Shown here in pieces: positions 56,614 through 64,000 of a DNA stretch of 64,000 nt (position 1 is its first letter; every line of letters begins with the position of its first letter). A program made the position numbers and the translations under genes. The DNA lies in assembly GCA_012517865.1 (NCBI GenBank), contig JAAYUC010000044.1, positions 673 through 64,672 of the forward strand, written 5' to 3'. This DNA is from Chloroflexota bacterium. Lineage in GTDB: Bacteria > Chloroflexota > Anaerolineae > Anaerolineales > Anaerolineaceae. The notes below the pieces were generated by a model, which was not told where the DNA came from, did not search any database, and was given only the letters and a program-made list of their open reading frames with translations.

Positions 56614-57930
56614 TTACGGCGCTGGCGTTCGTGTAGGAGCCGGCGTCCCCTGCGGGGTTGGAGATGGTCCGGTAATTGGAGTTGCCGTGGGCACAGGGGT
56701 GGCGGTAGGCGGGTTAATCAGGTTTTCCTGGCAGATGCGAATCATCTCGTTGGCATTAAACACGCCGTCGGCATTATCCGGAATTGTCTGGAGCATGGCG
56801 TTGGCAACGGCGACAGCCTCATTGCAGCGGTTAATCCGCGCGAGCGAGAGGCCGTAACGGCTGTAGGTTTCGATGACAAAGTTGGAATAATCCAGCGGCA
56901 GCCCCTGCACCACGGCGCCGCTTTCGGTGGTGCCGCCGCGCACGGCTTTTTCCAGGTAAATCACAGCCTGATTATAGAGGTTACTGCGGTAATACATCGT
57001 GCCCACGTTCGCGTAGAGATACGCTTCGGTTGGTCCGTCTTTCAGGGCTTGCTCTCCATATTGGATGGCTTTCGCCCATTCGCCCAGGGTACCATACACG
57101 CGGGAAATGAAATAGTTGGGCACCGGGTCGGTTGGATTGAGGGAATAGGCCTTCGTGAACTCAAAAATGGCTTCGTCATAATTTCCCAGGGTCATGTAAT
57201 TCCGCCCCAGCGCGAGGCGCAGCTGAGCGACATTCGCGTTCAACTGGACAGCCACCTGGTATTGTTCCACGGCCTCGGCGTAGTTGCTGGTGATTTCCAG
57301 AACGTACCCCCGCGCCCAGCGCGCTTCCAGCAGGTTCGCGTCCAGCGCCAGCGCCGTGCGGGACTCCTCAATGGCGAGGTCAACGGTGTTCAGTTCATTG
57401 GCGCCAATTTCCACCCGCAGCGCCAGCAGGTACGCGTAAATGGCGTGTCCAATGGCGTTATTCGGGTCAAGTTGAATGGCGATCTGGGCGTCGCGCTCGC
57501 CTTCCAGATACTGGCCTTGCAGACCCTTCGCCCAGCCCAACAGCGCGAAAGCCTCGGCGTTGTTTTTGTCCAGCAGGATGGCATTTTCGGCATTGACCTG
57601 CGCCTGCGTATAATCGCCGGAAAAAATTTGCAGCCGGGCGATTTTCAGGTAGTTTTCAATATTCCTCGGATTGGCATTGATGGCTGCCTGATAGGTCTCA
57701 ATCGCGGCCAGGAACTTCCCTTCGGCAGCCAGAGCGTCAGCCTCAATCTCAAAAGAAACCGGGTCGCGCGTCTCGGTTGGCGTCGGAACAAAAGGCGGAT
57801 TGATCTCCGGCGCGACAACCACATTGAAGTACACCAAAAAGGCGATGGCAGCCGTAAGCAGGATGATCAGAACCGGGTTGCCGCGCCTTCGTTTTTTTCG
57901 CAGGGAAAGACTGCTTCCTCTTAAATACAT
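56614..57930 (-). CDS. Membrane-anchored TPR-repeat protein (438 aa), tandem paralog
   Basis: Same length and layout as the downstream gene: TM helix VLIILLTAAIAFLVYF, TPR units, and a Pro/Thr-rich tail. Only 2 nt separate the two genes. Confidence 0.8.
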   Translation of the reverse strand: MYLRGSSLSLRKKRRRGNPVLIILLTAAIAFLVYFNVVVAPEINPPFVPTPTETRDPVSFEIEADALAAEGKFLAAIETYQAAINANPRNIENYLKIARLQIFSGDYTQAQVNAENAILLDKNNAEAFALLGWAKGLQGQYLEGERDAQIAIQLDPNNAIGHAIYAYLLALRVEIGANELNTVDLAIEESRTALALDANLLEARWARGYVLEITSNYAEAVEQYQVAVQLNANVAQLRLALGRNYMTLGNYDEAIFEFTKAYSLNPTDPVPNYFISRVYGTLGEWAKAIQYGEQALKDGPTEAYLYANVGTMYYRSNLYNQAVIYLEKAVRGGTTESGAVVQGLPLDYSNFVIETYSRYGLSLARINRCNEAVAVANAMLQTIPDNADGVFNANEMIRICQENLINPPTATPVPTATPITGPSPTPQGTPAPTRTPAP

Positions 57931-58125
57931 AAGTGGATAATAACATCAATTTTTAAACCCCGTCAAGCAAGTCGATACGGACAGAGAGCCGCTTTTTCAG
58001 CCTCGCGCGCCGGCCCGCGGCACTCCGCCAACACATCTATTGCAGGCTGGTTGCGGGAAGGCAAGCTGGTGCGATAAGATTATGCGTGAAAGTTCGCTTG
58101 TATACATTAACCTGGAGGGGCTGCC

Positions 58126-58563
58126 GTGAAAAAACTTACTGAAGAAAAACGCAAATTTATCAACGCTTTCCTGTCCGAACCGCTCATCGCCCGTTTAGCC
58201 ACCGCGGATAAGAAGGGCCAGCCGCATGTGGTACCGGTCTGGTTTGCATGGGACGGCAGCGCGCTGTGGGTCAGCGCCTTTTCCTCCACCCGTAAAGTGA
58301 GGGACCTGGAAGAAAACCCGCTCATTTCCGTGGCAATTGACGAAACCAGGCCGGACGGTACCACCCGGGCTGTCATTCTGGAAGGCAGAGCTGAGCTGCT
58401 GCGCGGGCCTGCCGATTTTCTAAGACGCCAGTTCACCTGGATTTATGCCCGCTACATAGGGGAAGAGCATGTGCGCGAAGCCAAATATCAGGACTGGATT
58501 GAAGACCCGGAAAACACCCTGATTAAGCTTGTCCCGGATAAAGTGTACACCTGGCAGTGGTAG
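58126..58563 (+). CDS. Pyridoxamine 5'-phosphate oxidase-family (PPOX/FMN- or F420-binding split-barrel) protein
   Basis: 145 aa. IARLATADKKGQPHVVPVWFAWDGSALWV. GTG start with GGAGGGG upstream. Confidence 0.75.
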   Translation: MKKLTEEKRKFINAFLSEPLIARLATADKKGQPHVVPVWFAWDGSALWVSAFSSTRKVRDLEENPLISVAIDETRPDGTTRAVILEGRAELLRGPADFLRRQFTWIYARYIGEEHVREAKYQDWIEDPENTLIKLVPDKVYTWQW

Positions 58564-58597
58564 CAGATTATCAGACCGGTTTCCAGCTGGAAATATC

Positions 58598-58627
58598 AAA
58601 AGGCGCGGAGCATATCCGCGCCTTTTT
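58598..58627. terminator. Bidirectional intrinsic terminator between convergent genes
   Basis: AAAAGGCGCGGA, loop GCATA, TCCGCGCCTTTTT. The stem is flanked by an A-tract and a T-tract. Confidence 0.8.
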
Positions 58628-58663
58628 GGGCCTTGTTGAGAGCCTGCCGAGAAAAATGAAGGT

Positions 58664-59281
58664 TTAGCCTTTCACGTTCTCCAGCACAAATTCCCAATTA
58701 ACCAATTTGTCCAGAACAGCCTCTACGTACGCCGGACGGCGGTTCTGGTAATCCAGGTAGTAAGCATGCTCCCAAACATCCACGGTCAGAACGGGCTTTT
58801 TGCCTTCCACCCAGGGCAGCAGCGCGTTGCTGGTCTTGTCGATGCTGAGCTTGCTCCCATCCCAAATCAGCCACGCCCAACCGCTGCCAAATTGCCCGAC
58901 GGCTGCCTCGGTGAAAGCCTTCTTGAAGGCTTCCACGCTCTCAAAGCTGTCAATCAGGAGAGCCGCGGCTTCGGCGGGCAGTTCCATCGCGCCAAAAGGA
59001 GCAAGGCTTTTCCAGTAAAAATTGTGGTTCCAGACCTGGGCCGCGTTGTTGAACAGCGCGGTCTTGCCTTCCTGATAGGCCGCGAGCACGATTTCCTCAA
59101 GGGTCTTGCCCTCCAGTTCGGTTCCGGCAATCAGGCTGAGAGTTTTATCCACGTAAGCCTTGTGATGTTTGCCGTGATGGAAGCTTAACGTATTCGCGGA
59201 AATGACCGGTTCAAGGGCAGTTTCGACAAAAGGAAGCGCGGGAAGTTCAACTGGTGTTTTCATTTGGATTGGCAGTGTCAT
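58664..59281 (-). CDS. sodA: Fe/Mn superoxide dismutase
   Basis: LSFHHGKHHKAYV, FNNAAQVWNHNFYW and DVWEHAYYLDYQNRR. The ATG at 59281 has AGAGGAAA upstream. Confidence 0.93.
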   Translation of the reverse strand: MTLPIQMKTPVELPALPFVETALEPVISANTLSFHHGKHHKAYVDKTLSLIAGTELEGKTLEEIVLAAYQEGKTALFNNAAQVWNHNFYWKSLAPFGAMELPAEAAALLIDSFESVEAFKKAFTEAAVGQFGSGWAWLIWDGSKLSIDKTSNALLPWVEGKKPVLTVDVWEHAYYLDYQNRRPAYVEAVLDKLVNWEFVLENVKG

Positions 59282-59632
59282 ATTTCCTCTTTTCTTTTGG
59301 TGTGATAAGCCCAAAACGCGGGCTGGAGCTCAGGTGTCTGCGCGGAGCTGTGCGATGCCCCCGCGCATGCTAATTATACACGAGAGCCGGGCCTTTTTCC
59401 GCCGCGCCCTGGTGCCTGATGCGGAAATTTACTAAAAATAACAGTTTTGGCACGAATATTGCTCAGAAGATTACACGCCTGCCTCGAAGCCCATAACTGC
59501 GGAGCGGGTAAAACCTTAAGGAAAACAGTTCATGACAGATATTACCCGCGTGCGGCCTCGGCCGTGCACAAACCGCCACCTGATGCCCAATCAATCCATG
59601 CCGTGCCGGTTTAATGTATACTTGAGGGACGC

Positions 59633-60712
59633 ATGATCAAGATCGGCTTGGTCCAGCGCAATCGTATGGAAAATCTTGAAACCCAGTCCGCGCCGAACAA
59701 GAAGAAGTTCTGGCAGTATCTGATTATCCTGGTCGTTCTTGGCCTGGCAGTGAACCTGTTGCTCCCTCAGATTTCCGACCTGACCCGTTCCTGGGAAGTG
59801 GTCCGGACCATGACCTGGTGGGCAGTCGGGCTGGCATTCGTGTTTTTAGTGCTCGAGTACCTCAGCTACGGTTACTGCATCCACGCCATTGTCAGCCTTC
59901 ACGACAAAAAACTCTCCACCCCTAAAAGCACGCTGATTGTCATGGCTGCCACCAGCGTCGGATTGGTAGCCGGGGGCTGGTTTGCCGTAGCCGGCTCCAT
60001 CTTTGGCTCCGTCCGCCGCGAAACCAACGACGGCACCACAGCCACCATGGCAGGCATTTTGCCTTCCATGCTGCTAAATCTTTCCATTGAAATCGTAGCC
60101 ATTCTGGGCATCATTTATCTGGCCATTATCGGCAAACTGACCGGCGGGCAATTAATCCAGTACATCATTTTCATTCTATTGCTCACCATCGCGACGTTTG
60201 GGTATCTGCTCGCGCTGGTTCTGCCCAGGCAAACCTTCCGCATCGTTAACGGCGCCCTCTGGCGCTGGAACCGCATTCGCAAAAAACCGTACAATCCGCA
60301 GAAGACTCAGGAGATGATCAACAATGTTATCCTTTCCTGGAAGGAACTCGCGCGTGGAAATTGGAAAAAGCCGTTCCTGGGCGCTTTCGGGTACATCCTG
60401 ATGGATATGCTGGTGATGTTCCTGTTTTTCAAGGCGGTTGGCTACGATATCCCCATTGGCGTGCTTTTTGCCAGTTACGGTATTCCTTTTTTGCTTTCTA
60501 AGATCGCGTTCATTTTCCCCGGCGGCATCGGCGTGGTGGAAGCATCCATGGCTGCCATCCAAACCAGCCTGGGTGTACCAAATGAGATTAGCGTGGTCGC
60601 AATTCTTGGCTACCGTTTGTTCTCGTTCTGGATTCCAACTTTGCTGGGTTTCGCGGCAATGGGCTACCTGAGCCGTTCGAAACCTGTTCTCAAACCGGTC
60701 GCGCAAAAGTAA
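59633..60712 (+). CDS. UPF0104 / lysyl-phosphatidylglycerol-synthase-TM-like (flippase-like) membrane protein
   Basis: 359 aa with about eight TM helices and a cytoplasmic loop WRWNRIRKKPYNPQ. The family call is based on topology and sequence recollection. Confidence 0.65.
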   Translation: MIKIGLVQRNRMENLETQSAPNKKKFWQYLIILVVLGLAVNLLLPQISDLTRSWEVVRTMTWWAVGLAFVFLVLEYLSYGYCIHAIVSLHDKKLSTPKSTLIVMAATSVGLVAGGWFAVAGSIFGSVRRETNDGTTATMAGILPSMLLNLSIEIVAILGIIYLAIIGKLTGGQLIQYIIFILLLTIATFGYLLALVLPRQTFRIVNGALWRWNRIRKKPYNPQKTQEMINNVILSWKELARGNWKKPFLGAFGYILMDMLVMFLFFKAVGYDIPIGVLFASYGIPFLLSKIAFIFPGGIGVVEASMAAIQTSLGVPNEISVVAILGYRLFSFWIPTLLGFAAMGYLSRSKPVLKPVAQK

Positions 60713-60820
60713 GGCGCGCTGGAAGCGCAGCTTTTCGGCCGCTGGTACAATAAGCCCGCGGCAGGCTTCTGGTTCCCGCAAGCTTTCCAGGCAGAAACGG
60801 CCTGATTTTTGGAGGTTCTC

Positions 60821-61657
60821 ATGCTCGAAGAAAAAAAAATCGCCATTATTGGTCCCGGCGTCATGGGCAATACGATCGCCCTGAGCCTCATCCAGACCGG
60901 AAAACTCTCTCCCCAGCAGATTATTATGGCGGGACCAAACCAGGACCGCCTGAATCAGCTTCAGGCGGAGCTTGGCGTGAGAATCAGCAATAATCACGAA
61001 GCTGCTGGAGCTGCCGATGTGGTCATTCTGGCGGTCAAACCGCAGCGTCTGGACCAGGCAGCCCAGTCCATAAAAAGCGCGCTTTGCCCGGGAAAGTTGG
61101 TCATTTCGATTCTGGCCGGCGTTCCGCTGGCAGCCCTGGAACAAAAACTGGGCACGCGCTGCCTTGTGCGCGCCATGCCGAACACGCCCGCCCGCATCGG
61201 CATGGGTATCACCGTATGGACAAAGGCTGCTGATGTTGACGATGAACAGCACGAGACCGCCGCGCGAATTATGCAAACCCTGGGGGAGGAGATTTTTGTT
61301 GCCGACGAAGCCTATCTGGACATGGCAACCGCGCTTTCGGGCACAGGACCAGCCTATGTGTTTTTGTTTATGGAGGCCATGATAGACGCGGGGGTGCACA
61401 TGGGCTTTCCACGGCGCATCGCGGAACAGCTGGTCATTCAAACGCTGCGCGGAAGCACAGAGTTTTATCTGCAAAGCCGCGAACACCCGGCCCAGCTGCG
61501 GAATGATGTCACCTCACCGGGCGGCACATCCGCGGAGGCGCTGTATTACCTCGAAAAAGCAGGTTTCCGCACGGCGGTATCGCGGGCTATCTGGGCAGCC
61601 TACCAGCGCGGCATTGAACTGGGCAAGGGCATCAGCAAGCAGGGTTTGGAGGGATAG
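60821..61657 (+). CDS. proC: Pyrroline-5-carboxylate reductase
   Basis: IAIIGPGVMGNT Rossmann motif, RAMPNTPA and SPGGTSAEAL. GGAGG lies upstream of the ATG at 60821. Confidence 0.9.
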   Translation: MLEEKKIAIIGPGVMGNTIALSLIQTGKLSPQQIIMAGPNQDRLNQLQAELGVRISNNHEAAGAADVVILAVKPQRLDQAAQSIKSALCPGKLVISILAGVPLAALEQKLGTRCLVRAMPNTPARIGMGITVWTKAADVDDEQHETAARIMQTLGEEIFVADEAYLDMATALSGTGPAYVFLFMEAMIDAGVHMGFPRRIAEQLVIQTLRGSTEFYLQSREHPAQLRNDVTSPGGTSAEALYYLEKAGFRTAVSRAIWAAYQRGIELGKGISKQGLEG

Positions 61658-61687
61658 CGCGGACCTGCTCCCAGAAGAGATAGGTGC

Positions 61688-61932
61688 TTGTTCCCGTGGG
61701 TGCCCTCGCGCGCAAGTGTAATTTCGTCATCGCGAGGCACGAAGCGATCTCCCTGCCGGCCTCAATGGGCACCTCTGTTCTCGCGGGTGTCCTCACCCGC
61801 CAGTGTAATTCCGTCATCGCGAGGCACGAAGCGATCTCCCTGCCGGCCTCAATGGACATCTCTGTTCTCGCGGGTGTCCTCACCCGCCAGTGTAATTTCG
61901 TCATCGCGAGGCACGAAGCGATCTCCCTGCCG
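61688..61932. repeat. Intergenic tandem repeat, 87-bp period, ~2.8 copies
   Basis: GTGTAATT(T/C)CGTCATCGCGAGGCACGAAGCGATCTCCCTGCCG recurs at 61716, 61803 and 61890. The whole 87-nt units are near-identical. Confidence 0.9.
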
Positions 61933-62165
61933 ATGTTCTCTCGGCAGCCATCAGAAACATCCGAAGCTATGCAACAGTCTGGAGATCTCAAGGTCAAAAG
62001 ATTGGCATGGTCAGGAAAGCATGCAAGAACTAGCCGCGCAGCGCGCTCTTCTGAAATCCCAGGGTTATCCAGAATATTCCCATGCCAATTCATCACGGGT
62101 ATACTTATTAATTGCGGCTCATTTATAGAACAAATGGTATAATTATCAGCCGGAGCGTGAACTTT

Positions 62166-64000
62166 ATGGCCTCAGAAAACCTGCGCGTGATTGGCGCGCG
62201 CGAACACAACCTTAAGAACATTACTGTCGAAATCCCGCGGGATAAACTGGTCGTCCTGACCGGCCTGTCCGGCTCGGGCAAGTCTTCCCTGGCATTCGAT
62301 ACGATTTTCGCCGAAGGACAGCGCCGCTACGTGGAATCCCTCTCCGCCTACGCGCGCCAGTTCCTCGGGCAAATGGACAAGCCCGACGTGGACGCCATCG
62401 AGGGGCTCTCCCCGGCTGTGTCCATCGACCAGAAGGGCACCACGCACAACCCGCGCTCAACCGTCGGGACGGTTACCGAGATTTATGATTATCTGCGCCT
62501 CCTGTTCGCGCGCGTCGGCGTCCCGCACTGCCCAATCTGCGGCCGGCCGGTACAAAAGCAGTCCGCCCAGGAAATTGTGGACACCATTCTGGCCATGCCG
62601 GAAGGCAGCCGGCTGCTCATTCTCGCGCCGGTCGTGCGCGAACGCAAAGGCACCTATCAGGCAGTGCTGGAAGAAATCAGCAAATCCGGCTTTGTTCGCG
62701 CCCGCGTGGACGGCGAGGTCTATTCGCTCGATGACAAGCTGCAGTTGGACCGCTACAAGAAGCACACAATCGAAGCGGTGGTAGACCGCCTGGTTATCAG
62801 CAGGCCTGAAAACGAAGAGGACGCGCTGGCAGCGCGCTCGCGGCTGACCGATTCGATTGAGACCGCGCTGCGCTTTGGCGAAGGATACGTGACGGTTCAA
62901 AACTTAAGCGCAGAACCGCCTGAAGATATTCAGTTCTCTGAAAATCTTGCCTGCCCGGAGCACGGCTCAATCCTGATTGAGATTGAGCCGCGCACGTTCT
63001 CATTTAACACCCCGCACGGAGCCTGCCCAACCTGTCAGGGGCTCGGCAGCCGCGAAGAAATCGACCCGGAGCTGCTCATCCCGGATAAGTCGCTTTCCCT
63101 GCGCGAAGGCGCGATCGCGGCCATGGAATGGTCAGGTCCGCGCGAGGAAGGCGGGTATTACTGGCAGATGATTGAAGCGATTGCCCGGGAGAATCAATTC
63201 AGTCTGGACGCGCCCGTCAGCCAGCTTTCCGAAGAAGACCTGCATACAATTCTTTACGGCACCAACGGGCAGGAAATCCGCGTGGAATTTCTCGGCAGAA
63301 ACGGCCGGAAATCCTCCTTCAGCACCTCATTTGAGGGCGTCGTTGGCAACCTGGAACGCCGCTACCGGGAGACGCAGTCAGAATATATCCGGATGCGCAT
63401 TTCTGAGTTCATGGGCGTAAAACAGTGCCCGACCTGCAAAGGCAAACGCCTGCGCAAAGAAGCTCTTGCCGTTTTGGTAGAGGACGCCAATATCATTGAT
63501 GTGACCGGCTGGCCGGTCAACCGCACGCTTGCCTGGGTAAACAGGCTGGCCTCCGCCGAAGACTCGCCGCTCAATCCCCGCCAGAAAGCCATCGCCGAGC
63601 GCATTCTGCGCGAAATTCAGGCCCGCCTCGGTTTTTTGGTGGATGTCGGCCTGGACTATCTGACCCTGGAACGCAGCGCCAGCACCCTCTCCGGCGGGGA
63701 GGCGCAGCGCATCCGCCTGGCCACCCAGGTCGGTTCCAAGCTGATGGGGGTGCTCTATGTTTTGGACGAACCTTCCATCGGCCTGCACCCTCGCGATAAC
63801 CGCCGCTTGCTGGACACGCTGGAAGGCCTGCGCGACCTGGGCAACACCGTCCTGGTGGTGGAGCACGATGATGAAACCATCCGCACCGCTGATTGGGTGA
63901 TTGACCTTGGCCCCGGCGCGGGAGAACACGGCGGCGAAATTGTTGCGCAGGGCACGCCCGACCATATCATGGAAGTGCCCGAAAGTCTGACCGGTGCGTA
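62166..64000 (+). CDS. uvrA: Excinuclease ABC subunit A, N-terminal ~611 codons (continues past the right edge)
   Basis: My translation from ATG 62166 reads [66 protein letters not shown]. It is absent from the ORF track because no stop lies in the window. All listed plus-strand ORFs here are in another frame. Confidence 0.95.
   Translation, partial: MASENLRVIGAREHNLKNITVEIPRDKLVVLTGLSGSGKSSLAFDTIFAEGQRRYVESLSAYARQFLGQMDKPDVDAIEGLSPAVSIDQKGTTHNPRSTVGTVTEIYDYLRLLFARVGVPHCPICGRPVQKQSAQEIVDTILAMPEGSRLLILAPVVRERKGTYQAVLEEISKSGFVRARVDGEVYSLDDKLQLDRYKKHTIEAVVDRLVISRPENEEDALAARSRLTDSIETALRFGEGYVTVQNLSAEPPEDIQFSENLACPEHGSILIEIEPRTFSFNTPHGACPTCQGLGSREEIDPELLIPDKSLSLREGAIAAMEWSGPREEGGYYWQMIEAIARENQFSLDAPVSQLSEEDLHTILYGTNGQEIRVEFLGRNGRKSSFSTSFEGVVGNLERRYRETQSEYIRMRISEFMGVKQCPTCKGKRLRKEALAVLVEDANIIDVTGWPVNRTLAWVNRLASAEDSPLNPRQKAIAERILREIQARLGFLVDVGLDYLTLERSASTLSGGEAQRIRLATQVGSKLMGVLYVLDEPSIGLHPRDNRRLLDTLEGLRDLGNTVLVVEHDDETIRTADWVIDLGPGAGEHGGEIVAQGTPDHIMEVPESLTGA

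Noticed and set aside
59315-59632. 318-bp divergent intergenic region (sod / UPF0104) as a possible riboswitch or sRNA locus.
   Set aside because: I could identify a TATAAT (plus-strand 59373-59378) giving sod a leader of about 90 nt containing a GC hairpin. I found no motif I can assign to a known RNA family, so the evidence is too weak to call.
61632-62142. Three overlapping ORFs (146-154 aa) with internally repeated peptides such as REIASCLAMTxLHWRVRTPARTE.
   Set aside because: They are simply translations of the 87-bp tandem repeat on both strands. All three frames are open, there is no SD or start context, and both strands are equally open.
62097-62165. LexA/SOS box upstream of uvrA (AGAAC at ~62127). 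uvrB and dinG upstream regions were also checked.
   Set aside because: Only a single half-site is present, without the matching GTTC arm. Nothing comparable lies upstream of uvrB or the dinG fusion.

Overview
This is a high-GC, gene-dense bacterial chromosomal segment with about 52 protein-coding genes on both strands. Most are housekeeping. My guess at the source is Chloroflexota (Anaerolineae-like), based on LCP proteins, LysM proteins with Pro/Thr-rich linkers, PFOR and many leaderless-looking starts. That guess is inference only.

Genes I recognise with confidence:
- DNA replication and repair: dnaG (5' part), uvrB, uvrA (5' part), and a DnaQ-exonuclease/DinG helicase fusion.
- Chaperones: groES-groEL with a perfect CIRCE operator.
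- Translation and RNA modification: gltX, cysS, serS, tilS, der, rlmB and a second TrmH-family methyltransferase.
- Metabolism and stress: pyruvate:ferredoxin oxidoreductase (PFOR), proC, Fe/Mn superoxide dismutase and a coaE fusion.
- Envelope and signalling: cdaA-cdaR, lepB, an rseP-like protease, two LCP paralogs, LysM proteins and an Amidase_2 lipoprotein.
- Transport: a P2-type ATPase followed by two TrkA/RCK genes.

I found no rRNA, tRNA, CRISPR array, transposase or recognisable defence system.

The parts the gene list does not explain are:
1. A ~1 kb stretch upstream of uvrB with no ORF on any frame, packed with two families of hairpin repeats.
2. Two intergenic tandem repeats, with periods of 104 bp and 87 bp.
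3. A complete mini-gene (promoter, SD, 30 codons, strong terminator, possible antiterminator) in front of two tandem two-domain GNAT paralogs.
4. A P-type ATPase translationally coupled to a pair of RCK proteins, with no TrkH/KtrB partner in the window.
5. A tyrosine-recombinase-like gene that appears to lack the catalytic residues, lying between the two LCP paralogs.
6. A recurring TATAAT box 6-8 nt upstream of start codons, which implies leaderless mRNAs.

All functional calls come from reading motifs in the supplied translations. No database search was run.
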